Positions 1 to 11,251 of a DNA stretch of 64,000 nucleotides are shown here, piece by piece. The notes beneath the pieces were generated by a model. It was not told the DNA's origin. It did not search any database and worked only from the letters and a program-made list of their open reading frames with translations. The translations under genes were made by a program, and so were the position numbers. Origin of the DNA: Selaginella moellendorffii (taxonomy: Eukaryota; Plantae; Lycopodiophyta); the NCBI RefSeq assembly GCF_000143415.4, contig NW_003314361.1:124001-188000 (forward strand), in the 5' to 3' direction. Position 1 is the stretch's first letter. Each line of letters starts with the position of its first letter.

Positions 1-355
1 TCCCCTCATCCAGCTTTGTTGCACGCAGTACATACCTAGGAACTCCACCCAAATAATCGAAGTTTTCAAGCCCTTCCTTTCCAGGGAGGAGATTAAGAAA
101 TTCCTTGACGACTTTGAGCCTTACTGAACTACGTCGGGCATGGGCGGCAATCTCCGCCACTGGGCCGTGAGTGGATCAAGCGCAAACCACACCAATTCCT
201 CCTCCTTGTCCACCACGCCCAGCTCGCGCCTCAGCCGGAAGATCTCGCTCGAGCTCATGACCACACTGACATATAAAGCATGCAATAAAGTCCCCCCTTG
301 CCAAACTCCTCATAGTTTGTCTTCTTAGATGGCCAACCTTGTATAACGCCTACTC
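1..355 (-). pseudogene. Crinkler/RHS-type P-loop NTPase C-terminal fragment (interrupted, runs off window start)
   Basis: Minus-strand translation gives KTNYEEFGKG..LY(x)SVWS with a frameshift (family consensus y.ef.K...lyMPvWs). After a ~135-nt insertion it reads VVKEFLNLLPGKEGLENFDYLGGVPRYVL, with GGVPRYVL at 26-49, a hallmark motif of CRN/RHS NTPases. Confidence 0.6.
124..258 (-). pseudogene. F-box/kelch-repeat gene fragment inserted in the CRN relic
   Basis: Translates MSSSEIFRLRRELGVVDKEEELVWFALDPLTAQWRRLPPMP, matching the plant F-box-kelch pattern (el.rlRrelg...W.afDP....WrrLPpMP). Confidence 0.65.
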
Positions 356-369
356 CAGTTCTAATATGT

Positions 370-497
370 TAGGGTTCGACTCCAGCAAAATGGAGGAGAA
401 ATTGGCTAAGGTGCAGGGTAACCCTAAACCCTGTATGGAGACCGCACGATCTTCATCCGATGACCCGGTGTTTTAGACCACTAACTCAATTATAAAC
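370..497. repeat. Dispersed repeat, copy 1 (partly inverted relative to the copy at 3872-4024)
   Basis: 440-497 is a near-identical direct copy of 3967-4024. 370-417 is a near reverse complement of 3872-3918. Confidence 0.85.
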
Positions 498-522
498 ACA
501 GAAAACTTCTATCACGATAGGT

Positions 523-1500
523 GTGGTCATCCCTCCGGACGTCGTGAGTCAAGGGTCTTCTAGTCACCAAAGTGGAGAATGTTGCCAAGGCCATCCTGCC
601 CACAATTGCCTACCACACTCATCCTCAATCGCCCACGACACTGTTATAACCTGCTTGGTTTTCACTAAATTGTTGAAAGAGTGTAAGCCAGGGCTCTTTC
701 CACGAGACTGGGCGTTTTTTCAACTGGAGTATCTGACAGTTGAGGACGTGTTCCTGCAACTGGTTAATGAGTTGCTTGGTTTGGTCCGCAAAGTCGATCA
801 AGTGCTCTCTTTGGTTACAAAATTTAGAACCTGCATTGGAAAGCTGGTCCAAGAGGTGGGTTGGGGGGATGGCACGGTTGTGCTCGACGAAGCTCAGGCA
901 TTATTACAGTGCATGAAGGGCTGCTTCGTATCAAGCAAACTCCTCAGAAAGGGCAGTCTTTGTTGAATCCCATCGTCCTTGTGCTCAAGTCATATGGTGT
1001 GATGCGAAGTCCCCTGTTTGTTTACAGGAAAGAGCATGTTGACAGTTCTGCAGAATCTTCTTTCTGGAACTATGAAAACGTTTGATGTGGAAGAGATTTA
1101 CAGTCTACCTGTGTTCGATGGCAACACAGGAAGGAGAAGACTTTTATCAACCGCTATTGATGTATGGAGATTGAACCTAAATATCACAATATCACATCAT
1201 TCTGTCTTACCTGAGAGATAGTAAGTAAATATCAGATCTTCCATAAAGCTTGCCATCTCATGATCGTTCCACAGGAAACCTGCTTCATCTCTCAAAGAGT
1301 GATGGACTCCAAGTTCCCGGCCTGTTTTAGTGATCATCCTTCATGCATATTTCATGAACCAATCTGCAGCACTTTATCAGTTTTTCAGGTGCTGGACATG
1401 TGATTCAGAGGAGGGGCATGACCCTTGTAGACTGTGGTATTGCAAGTTTCCTTAAGAGCAGTGATGGAGCCAAACCTTTTGCACCAATAGTCAGAGGGGT
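523..1500 (+). pseudogene. Crinkler-type P-loop NTPase pseudogene (5' truncated, frameshifted)
   Basis: Ordered motifs across frames: LVFTKLL..LFPRDWAFFQL, DVFLQL, Walker-B-like VVLDEAQ (877-897), F.S, SLLNPIV, FTGKSML, GRRRLLSTAID, LVDCGIASF. This is the order I recall from fungal CRN NTPases (W..lQ, DVF, DEAQ, LLSP, GT, GRfR..taIe, lVe.gfa). Walker A is missing. Confidence 0.6.
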
Positions 1501-1514
1501 CACCGATAATGAAG

Positions 1515-2864
1515 CTCAAGCTCCCGGTTTGTTAGTTACAACAAAGATTCACTATATAATCTTGCAAGAGCCCTGGTACATGCCAAAAGGTACATTCCTG
1601 GGATGCTTTATCAACAGATCTACCATACTTGGAATCAACTTACTCCTGAGTACATGGACTCTTTGAATACCGGGTCCATCCAGTCAATCCTTGCATTCTG
1701 GACCAGCAACTTCATACACCAGCTACCTGAGAGCAGCCGTGTGCATGGCTGCTTTGCGTCGTCCGAGGCATTCGAAACTCTCGCGCTGGTGAGAGCGTGT
1801 TTTCCTGTGACTATACGTAACGTGGCTGACGAGATGCACAGTGGCTCCAGAAATCCTTTCACCTGTCTCGTCATCCCACCCTGTGTAACTTCCATATCCA
1901 CGAGAGCAACAGCAGCTTGACGTGCCAGGAAGAGCAGGGTCAAGCTGAGCTCATGCTGCTGCCGGCAGACGAGCTCCTCGGGCAAGTGCTCAAGCCTTTG
2001 TAGCAACCCGCGTCTCGCGCTTCCAGTAAGCTCCTTGCAGCAATCGAACTGTGGCCTCGGCGCAGCAGCAAAGAGTAGTCGAGACATACGTCATGTACCA
2101 GCATCGGCAAAGGAGCAGGGTCGGCATGGAAGCACGGCAGTGACAGCAAGATGAATCTTGAAACACCCGTGCTCGTCCACACCACATTTAATCCTGCTTT
2201 GCAGAATGGCCCTGTCTAAGCATATGTTGCAAACGAAACACCACTCTCCACTGACTGGAGCCACTTGTTCAGCTGGACCATAGCGAAAAGACATATCAGT
2301 TTGCAAGCGAGGCATGACAGAGCTTGGGAATCAGTATCTACTTGCTGGAGCTGTGCATGTGGTGGAATTTCTGAAAGAAACATTTAGCTGCTCTTGGGTG
2401 GGGGCTTTGTGGGGAAAGCTTTATGAGCCTCTTGTGCATAGGCTGCTGTTGAAGGGTGGTGATTTTGTTATCAAGCCAGTTTACGATGATGGAAGCTCCA
2501 GTCTCAAGACTTCCCATCATATTGGACCTCATATCATGCTAGAGGCAATGGTGAGTTTTAAGTACGTGAAACCAACTTCTGAAGTCTTTCCGAGCATTGA
2601 TTTTGGTATGGATGAAGACATTCTCATTCAGGTCTTCAAGAGACAGGATGGAAAACAGGCTTTAAAGCGAGTGGCTTAGAAATGGTGGATGCTGCGTTGA
2701 AGAGATCAAGCTACAGGTTGTGGTCGTGTGTTCCAAAAGAGACGTTTCCAGGAACTGGATGGCAGCAATACAAGAATAATAAAGATGGAGTCTATGGGAA
2801 AAGAAATGCAGTATTTGGGAAGATACGCCAGTTTGTTGTTCAAGTGGACTATGAGGATGCATGA
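1515..2864 (+). pseudogene. Crinkler/RHS-type NTPase tail plus REase-fold (PD-(D/E)xK-like) effector domain, disrupted
   Basis: LLVTT..PWYMP (~1530-1590), then an unrelated insert (~1730-2190), then LVQLDHSEKTYQFASE, GKLYEPLVHRLLLKGGDFVIK, YVKPTSEVFPSIDF, LIQV, YRLWSCVPKETF..QQY and IRQFVVQV. These match the CRN C-terminal consensus G.lFE..aH..l..GG.f / Y..P...FpsiD / lfQ / rlyFvVP / i.QyvL. In-frame stop at 2677-2679. Confidence 0.7.
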
Positions 2865-3589
2865 TGAAGCTTCTGTTTTTTTATATATATATACTGACAA
2901 TATAAATTTCTCAGTAAATCAAAGTCTTTAATACAATATGTTCGTTATTTTAATAATCAAAGATTTATATGATTTATCAGTTGATAAAATATTCAAATAA
3001 ATCCAAGTGTAACAACTTAAATTGACCGAAGTATAACTGCTGATGAGGATAATATAAATACCATGCTAATCCTTGGTGGGCGCTATATATTTGCCTTATA
3101 TATCTAACAGTGTTCCGGAATTATGTGCTTTAACAACATAACCACTTAGTAAATTTGAAAAGCAATTTCTAAATTTATAATCTCAGCCTTAGAAAAAAGA
3201 GTTTGGTGGAAAGCTTTGCCATCAGCCTAATGCACTTTTTGTATTAGATTAATAAAATGGCAAACAAAGTATAGCATTATTTTGATAAGCTTTAAAACAC
3301 ATAATTAAAGTGATTGAAGTCAGTACACTAAGAGTTTATGAATGACTTTTTGCTTTGTACATGCTTCCCTGGATTCAATAGACTAGTCTTTGCTGCTACA
3401 AGTTTTGGCGACTTGTGAGGTGTGATCGTGCTGTAAATTTCTTGTTTCGTTCATCGGTTCTTTACGGGAAACGATTTCTGAAGCTGTAAGATTGTGTAAG
3501 CACCAATTTGAAATACTATATATATGTCTTTTGCTCTCTGTCACCTGACGGTTACTGCTCTGCAAAGGGAAAACAAGGAATGATAAGGA

Positions 3590-3899
3590 CATACCAAGGT
3601 GGAAAAAACCACGCACCTTTTCTTCCACGTACTCGAGAAAAGCCTCAAATCGTTCGTCAGGTTCCTTGAAAAGCCATTTGTAATACGTCTCTCTGTCCTC
3701 AAAATTCTCCCGTGCAACATCAGTCATACTTCGGCCGTCAATGATCAATGCAGAATGGACAAGCGCTTGACAACTCTTTTCTCAATATCATCATCGCCCA
3801 TGCCATCAAACATCCGAGGTGTTGTGAAGCCCACTTCCGGCTCATGTGCGGCTCAAGAAGCGCGATTTCAGCCTGCACCTTAGCCAATTCCTCATCCAT
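3590..3899 (-). pseudogene. Lineage-specific helical ORF fragment (MDEELAKVQAEIALLE...; frameshift near 3745)
   Basis: ATG downstream of a telo-box-like TAGGGTTT. Two adjacent ORFs (3738-3983 and 3383-3748) join by a frameshift into a plausible charged helical protein. No family recognised. Confidence 0.35.
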
Positions 3900-4024
3900 T
3901 TTGGTAGCTAAAACCCTATCTAGAAACCCTCTTGTATGGAGGCAATGGCGCCCTAGAATCGTCAGGGACCGCACGATCTTCATCTGACGGCCTGGTGTTT
4001 TAGACCACTAACTCAATTATAAAC
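3872..4024. repeat. Dispersed repeat, copy 2
   Basis: Shares GACCGCACGATCTTCAT...GGTGTTTTAGACCACTAACTCAATTATAAACA with 440-497 and an inverted segment with 370-417. Confidence 0.85.
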
Positions 4025-4849
4025 AGAAGAGACAAAAAGTGAAAATTCAGCCACACTTTTGTTTGTTTAAGCGATTTTACAGTTTTGTATTGCTTGCTCC
4101 TTGGTGGAGTATGCTAGGGCAGAATTATGAGAGCTTGGTGCGCAGGATCTTGGCCATGGTAAGCAGCAGCAACACAATGTGGGCATTCACCTTCCTTGAT
4201 TCGCTCGCGTCTGGGGTGTTGACGACTGTGCTCGGGAGAGCTGGGACGGCGCCATTCGCATCGGTGGGAAACAAGCGTAGCATCAAGGCATTCCGGGATT
4301 GCGTGGACAAGCTATTACTGGGAGATGCTCAGGAAGATCACGCTGCTGCTGCTCCTTGCCATGGCTGAGAATTCCACATCGCGAATGCGTTGCTGCTGCT
4401 TCACTGCTTACTCGTGGGATCCGCTGCTCCTCGATGACAATGGTGATCGCGGGAAGTCGATGCTGCTACCCATCACCCGCCCTAGCTTGTTGCTAGTGCT
4501 GTCCACGGCGCCATCCCGGCAAGAGCTCCATGCATTCCTCTCCCGTCCTCGGACAGGGCCGGGCTTCCTGAAGAAGAGCGAAGAATCACGTCTCTCCATA
4601 AGCTCTTGTAAAAGAAGAATGTACACGCCCTTTGGTTCCGGCCGCCGGGAGAAGCCGCTGCCTTGATGGATTTGCTCCAATCTGTCAAGAGCTCCTCCTC
4701 CTCTTCCTGGGGTTTCTCATCCGTGGACACCTTCCTCGTCGCCACCCTCGTCATGCCACACTGTCTCCTCCTTCCAGTGCTTTTGCTGCCACTAGTTTCC
4801 TCACACACCACCCAACGCCATACTACTCCTCCAGACAAGCTCCATGTGC

Positions 4850-5457
4850 GCATCTCGGACAAGCACTGGTTTGTGTGTCCAGTTCAAAATGGACATGTGC
4901 TAGGAGAAACTCCCTCATTTGCAATGCTGGACATCATGAAGCTGGACAAGAAAGTGAATTCAGAAGGAAGTTGGTTTATGTACACAGTAACACTAGAGTG
5001 GTGGATCATGTTGAAAGTGAAAGAATGAAATTCCTAAAGATTAATTTTGACACAATTGCAATCAAATCACAATGGATGAGGATTATAGAGATGCAAGCTA
5101 GACTTGAATCTCTTGGTATAGAAGATTTAGCTGAAGAAGATCTTCCAAATGAGGATATGATTGTTGAGGAAGATATTAGAGATGTCGAGGAACTTGCTAA
5201 AGATGTTGAAGAAGATGAGTAATAGATGGTTTGGTTTGGTCTAATGCTTTGGTTTGGTTTAGTTTGGTTTGGTTTCATGCTTTGGTTTTCCTATTTTTAT
5301 TAATGTGGTTTTACTAAAAATGTTTTTTTTTATCAAAAAAATTTGTGAACCGTTTAGCTGTTTGGCGTTTTCACAGCCGGTCGATAACCACGGTCGGCCG
5401 ATCAGCCGGTCGACGTTTGGAACGGCTCTCACAAACTTAAAGAGTGGTGTTCCACTG
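4850..5457 (+). mobile_element. hAT transposon 3' remnant (dimerisation domain, acidic tail, subterminal repeats)
   Basis: VSSS..CARRNS..KLVYVHSNTRV resembles the hAT C-terminal SSS.CERNwS...kLVYVh.Nlrl motif. It is followed by a D/E-rich tail, (TTTGG)n at 5229-5288, repeated GCCGGTCGA, and a possible end ...GTGTTCCACTG at 5457. Confidence 0.65.
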
Positions 5458-5502
5458 GGTACATAAGGCTGGTTGTGACAACACACCCACACCCACACCC
5501 AT

Positions 5503-5800
5503 CTACATACACCATAAACCAACAAATGCCCCATCAAAATGCCTACTCTGTAGATTTGCTGTAGAAAGTAAAAACAAATGGGTATTTGCAATTTTCCCCA
5601 TAAACATTTGGTGAACTTGGTTCTGAACATAAAGAGGAACATTTGAAGCACTACATGTTTCAATATCATGCCCAGAAAATTTAGCAAAATGCGCCTTAAT
5701 TCGTTTCGGCGGACCACCATACATTTTTCCACAATAATTACATTTCCAACACTTAGCTCCTTTGCTAGAAGCATAAGGAGTGAGCTTGGTAATATGGGAC
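5503..5800 (-). mobile_element. hAT transposase N-terminal BED zinc-finger remnant
   Basis: WKCNYCGKMYGGPPKRIKAHFAKFSGHDIETC matches the plant hAT BED finger C..C.k.y.GG..RlK.Hla...gd...C. Confidence 0.7.
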
Positions 5801-6559
5801 TATGCCCAATCGAGTGCTATTGCTCAATTGTGCCAGAATTGCTAGAATCAAATTTCTGAAATCACTGGAATTGTAATTTCCATTTTAGGGCAAAAATTTC
5901 AGATTTCTCAACGAGCTGCTCCACGCTCAATCGAAAGCAAAGGCCAACCGACTGGAGAGTGTCGCCCTGTAGAGCTTGGTATGCACGCAGCTCCTATAGG
6001 CTATAGCCCTCTTTGTCGGATTCTATGTAGGCTTGCTGGGCTGGGCATTCGTGAATGGATGGATCGCTCCATGCATAGCAACAGGAGAACAACAAAGCAG
6101 TGGAGATGCAGTGGCGATGGCAATAGCTGCAGCAGCATCGGAAATCTAGCCCCTGTAAGTGCAATCACCATTTTTTTCGCCGAATGAAATCACCGAATGG
6201 AACTGTCCGATTGCATTCAGCCGACCACATTCGGCAGCGGTCAGGATTCTGGCTGAACGTGGTTGGGACCAACCATGCCCATGAGCAGGAGAGCTGGCCT
6301 TCAAAGAAGTAAGCCTGAGTGACCATTCCAAAGAAAAAGCTGTGGTAAGCTTTGAAAGTCATATGTTATGTGGTGTGTTCTGTAGGTTCCACCTTTGTCA
6401 GCTGTTTGGGCCGGTGAAAGGCTAGCTGGTCCATGAATGATGAATTACTAGAAGCTGTAGAAGAGCTGAAGAAAAATCTGAAGAAACGGAAAAGGGGGCA
6501 ATAAGCTACACTCGTTCAGTGAGTTTTTCTTTTTAGTGTTAGCCTCCATATATGGACAA

Positions 6560-8250
6560 GGAATGCAAGCTCAAATTTGGAGGATTGACTGAACCAGCCA
6601 TTATTCTTTAACAAATTGTTCAGGGCTGGTAACCGAATGCTGGTTAGAGAGGACCACTACACGATATTGAAGAAGCTGCACACAAGGGGCTTTTGGACAC
6701 TGAAACAGCTTATGGGAGTGTTGGACAGGGTCTGCAGGAAGACCACAAAGAGGATGCAAGTCTTCAACCCAGGCAAGAGTTGCAAAGTTCATGTAGATCT
6801 TCGAATCCTCCATGGTTGAGGCAAAGAGGGAACAACCTTGGCCGAGAAGGTGCTTTAAACCCAGGGACTTTGTAATGCTGCAATGGGAGATTGAGCCAGA
6901 TGGAGAAGGAGTTAAGCTGCACAAGTGGACTCAAGTGTTCATGGCCCCATCACCAGCATGGGGAGATGGCGATGTGGAAGTTTAGTTCATAGTCTCTTTG
7001 GAGAAGAATGTAGGTTGCCCCTTCTAGGTGACAAGGGAGGATATGCTGCTACCAATGGGAGAAGAGTAGGACATGTTGATGGTGACTAATGACAAGGTCA
7101 AGGGGAGAATTTGAGTGCTTCACTAGGCAAAAAAATAGCTAGTCATTATGCAATCACCAACCCACTTGAGGGGAATGGCACACTCAAGTGGTGGCATCAG
7201 CAACTGATCAAAGACTTGGATTGGGATCCTACAGAATGGAGGTGAAGTTTGAATAGTTTCTTCTCCTTTGAGGTGGAGGCATGGGATGGTTTGTTGATGA
7301 ATAGAGAGGAGGCATGTGGAGAGATCCTGAAGTTATGGAGAAAATGAATCAAGCAAGGAGTTGACACAAATCAGATGGTGGACAATATGTTAGATTTCTA
7401 GAAGCTGCCAATTCAAGAGAAAGTCAAGATCACTTTTGGCTCCAATAGGACAACAGTTCTAGGACAATGCAAGCTGAGCACGCACTGTGGGAATGTGACA
7501 TGGGAAAGTAAGTATGGCAATAAATTCTCAAAGTAGCTCATGAGATAGAGGACATTCTAGAGTTTGAAGCAAGGTGTGGCAATATGCTCCACTGGTTCGA
7601 AGGAGCACGTGGCCCAGCCACAAAGTCCAGCTTGGAGGCACACCATATGTCATGGATGACATGGTTGGAAAATGTGAGCCCAATGGGATGAGATTGGTGT
7701 TGAGGTCGGAACATTGGTCTAGGAGGCAATGGGCCACAAATGCTGGGCAGTATGGAGAGCAACAAGATTACAAACAATCTAGGAGGTGTGTAACCACCAC
7801 CACTTCGATGGGTAACAAGCAAGAGTATTTGCTATTGTGGCCACATGGTGGAGATTTACTCTGGCACCTATTCACCTCCACTATGTCATCCTAAAGGAAT
7901 GGGCAAAGCCTGATCATTTGGGGAAGTGGTGGACCAGATGGCTCCCATGTTTTAGCAGGGTGATTGATGATGAGATCTGTTTGCAGTGGCACCCTTCTAA
8001 CACTATTCTTTGTTTGGTTTTGGGAGGGGACTTGGACATTGACATAATCTGAAAGATATGACCATGTCCACTTTTACTTCAAGATTAGATCCACTTGAAA
8101 CATGAGAGTATCATGTAAAGTAGCTTGGTGATAGGGTGGCATGCCCAGTTTTTGTATTAATCCCACTGGGACATTAAGGAATGTACATTCACCAAATCAA
8201 GCTTCCTCCACATGGCTAGGGTTTTTGCCCTTTAGAGTATTGGTTTTGTT
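6560..8250 (+). mobile_element. Degenerate LINE (non-LTR retrotransposon) 3' region
   Basis: Trp-rich broken frames. KLPIQEKVKIT...HALWECDMGK*VW at ~7400-7520 resembles the zf-RVT region after RT. Many stops. Confidence 0.55.
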
Positions 8251-8381
8251 TTGGGGGATTTTGTTAGATCTTAAGGAGTTAGCTTCAATTTGGTTTTATT
8301 TTTGTTGCTTTTGATTAAGTTTATAAATATTACTAACCTAGTGTATTAGCATTGGTTCCAATGGAGAATGGGCCTTATTAT

Positions 8382-9742
8382 TTAGCTTAGCCTATCATCA
8401 GCCCCAGGCTCGACGCTACATTTGCATTCCTGTTTTGTCAAAGATGCCCGGGCTGTGCAAGAAAAGTTTGACAGGACTTCTGCCAGCCACTTTACAATAA
8501 ATGTCGAGTTGATTCCCACAGGCTTGTTTTTGTAATGAAGGCTGAAGCATTGTCCTGGACTGGAAGAATCCATGGGGCATTTGGCCGTCCCTCCGTCTCT
8601 CCAATAGCCTTCATGCCCAAGGCCAGCCCAGTCAGCCAGGTGCTTGTAGATGAATTGACCGTTCCCTGCAAGCTGCAACCAGCCCTGGGGAAATGCCTCA
8701 AGAATTCTGCTCCCAGGATTCATGAAAATCATGTTGGTGAGCTGAGCACCGTGAACAGATACAAGAATATCGGTTGTGCTCATCAGCTTTACCTGGATCA
8801 ATGTTAAATATTGAGTCGGTGTCATGGACATATTTTTACCTGGGAGCAGAAATCAAGAGCTGAAAACCAGACGACGGACCACTGGCAATGGGGCCGCACC
8901 TCACACACGAGCTTGACGGCATGCTTCCAATCACTCAGGTTGACAAAGGCACGCCCTCGTTCTCGGGCCACAAGCGCGACACGGACGGTCGTGTCGTCAT
9001 CGTTAACCCCACTGCCTACTCCGCACCATTGTCGGGTCCGGCACCGAACCTGCTCGAACAAGTCCCTCAACACAGCCCCTGAAACGCCCCCAATACCTCT
9101 CCTGCTCACAACTGCTCTTTGGAAGCACACCACCCTGCCTTCTGGATGGTACCTCATTGTGTCCACGCCTGTGGTGACACCGTTGGAATCCAAGACGCTC
9201 CGGATCCAAGCTCCCAGATCGTGACGTATCTCCCCCCGGTGGAAGATTAACATTCTATCGCTCCGTTGGCAGCGGCTGTCCATCCTCCAGTGGACGAATT
9301 GGATGAGGTTATACATAGAATGCCAGGGGTTGGCGAAATCAAAATGAGAATCCGAGACGAGGGTTGTTCCCGGCAGAAGCAGCGCGTCCCCTGGCACATG
9401 CTGCTCAGCAAATGCGTACAGGTTCTTGGTGCCATCTCGGGTGCTGTTGCCTCTAAAGCACAAGACTCTGGACGAGGCGGAGGTGTTGAAGTAGAAGAAT
9501 TCGGGGACCCCTGTCCGATTTGTGTCTTGGATCTGGGACATGAACACGTAGCTGGTACCATTCTTGGAATCCTTGACGGGGTGAAAGCGCAGGGAACGTG
9601 CTGCTTTCGACCGCTCACCTCGGAGGAATGTGAAGGCATTGTTTTGGAGAATGGAACTGTGGATCAACACAATCCATGCGAGGACTACCAGTGCAAGTGC
9701 CGCTATGGGTGCCAAAGCTCGCCGGCGCACCATCGGTTTCAT
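8382..9742 (-). CDS. Glycosyltransferase family 61 (DUF563), type II membrane protein; 2 exons
   Basis: N-terminal TM, NPWHSMY, RVALVARERGRAFVN, FCSQV|KLMSTTDILVSVHGAQLTNMIFM..S.ILE.FP.GW. GT-AG intron 8839-8793 (47 nt). Confidence 0.9.
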
Positions 9743-9909
9743 TCTCCCGGGGGCCTGGAGGCCTTCTCATGCTTGTTCTGTGGCAGAGCGTTATGGCCGG
9801 AATCGCGCAAGGGCGCGTTACCTTTCAGTTACTTAACAAATGACAAAATGCCAGATCTTCTGTGCTCGAAACCGGAGCCAAGAAAGAAAAGAGGGTCCGT
9901 TTGCAGCTC

Positions 9910-10231
9910 TCACTTTTTGAAGTATTTCCCAAGCCGCTGCAGGTGATAGTTGATGGTGGTCTTCACTTTGGGCGCCCTGGCCTGTCACAACGAGGAAGGG
10001 AAGGCGTGAGGGAGCGGCAATCTAGCTGTAGGTAGCAGCAAAACGAGCACAAGGACGCACCTGGAACTCAACGCAAGCATTCAGGGCTTCTTTCTCCTTG
10101 ATGCACAGATCGTCGTTGAAATTGGTCCTCTTGAGGCAGGCCAGAAATGCCATCATCTCGTTCATGCACGGCTGTGCCTTGGGCCCGAACATCTTGGGAT
10201 TTACCTTGAGCATCTCCTTCTTGTGAACCAT
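9910..10231 (-). CDS. CHCH (twin CX9C) protein, mitochondrial ribosomal mS37/Mrp10-like; 2 exons
   Basis: MVHKKEMLKVNPKMFG..QPCMNEMMAFLAC..NDDLCIKEKEALNAC|..KTTINYHLQRLGK. Intron 10060-9982. Confidence 0.8.
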
Positions 10232-10303
10232 GGCGACTCCACCGCCTTGCGTCCAGCCCCACAACCCTAGGTACTACTAAAATAAAACTTCGAAATCTTT
10301 CTC

Positions 10304-11143
10304 TCACGTATTTGGTGGTGTGATCTTCCTCATGGAGCTGTGCAAGACCAACACTGCGGCACCGAGGAAACAAAGAGTTTAGAAAAGAGAGAGCTTTTCT
10401 CAGCCGAGGACCTCACCTGTAAAGCTTAGAGCTGCTGCGCAGATCAAGGCCAGTGCCACCCTGCAGTACATGAGAAGGAGCATTGTGCCTGACATGGAAG
10501 TACGAGTGCTATCGTGAGCAAAGCACAAATCTCTGGCATGAGTGAACGGAGAAGAGAAGCATACCAACATTCCCGAGCGCCACCAGCAAGCGGAACAACA
10601 CGCCGTGCCTCTGTATCTTGAACGTGTTGATGAGGATCCTCAGCCCATCCCACAGGCCAAACAAGGACACCACGCCCAGCAAAGCCAGAGGCATTTTATA
10701 CCTGGCTAGGCAGCACAAGAGAGCAATGAGACCTCGGCAGGGAGAAGGGAGATGGGCAAGGCTACTCACAAGACGCAGGCGAAGGTGATCGCGATGAGGA
10801 CGAGATAGTTGCCCGTGTAGCGCTTCAAATTCTCGTCCATCCTGAACTTGACTTGGGTGACACTCATCGGCCACGAGTAGGTCTCGGCCGGTCCCTTGCC
10901 GCAATCCAGAAATTCTGCCGTCCACGGCACCGGCTTCTTACCCAGGTCCTCCACCGTGAGGCTCTCAAAGGGGTTGAGCTTGAGCAGCTTACACAGCGCA
11001 ACGAACGATCCCTGCCCGGCGATGATGGCGTTGTCCAGCGTACACTTTTCCAGAATCTCCAGAAACCCCTTATCCTTGAGCCAAGCTTCGAAGCTCGACT
11101 GGGGGATGCACAGAGACAGCGGATTCACAACGAAGCTCGGCAT
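10304..11143 (-). CDS. PRA1H: PRA1 family protein H (prenylated Rab acceptor); 4 exons
   Basis: NPLSLCIPQSSFEAWLKDKGFLEILE, LNPF..LT.EDL...PVPWT.EF, YSWP....QVKFRMDENLKRYTGNY, YKMPLALLG; last exon VLVLHSSMRKITPP*. Confidence 0.85.
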
Positions 11144-11251
11144 TGCTTGCTTGCTTTGCCTCTGCCTCTCAGATTAGGGCGAGAAAAGACAACCCTAGGC
11201 ACGTGGCTGCCACGTGTGAGCCTTCGGCTGAATCTTGGTCAGTTGGTTTCT

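Noticed and set aside
372-385. GGTTCGACTCC resembling a tRNA B-box
   Set aside because: No cloverleaf or A-box, and the homologous copy near 3900-3918 lacks it.
1730-2190. GC-rich insert within the CRN relic, with ORFs on both strands
   Set aside because: Probably captured gene fragments, but no family could be supported.
4039-4850. Cluster of 60-130 aa ORFs
   Set aside because: No recognisable motifs or consistent gene structure.
10853-11251. 5' extension of the 503-aa remorin ORF
   Set aside because: It is the antisense shadow of PRA1H exon 1. The credible start is ATG 11252, and the ORF's 3' end reads through introns.
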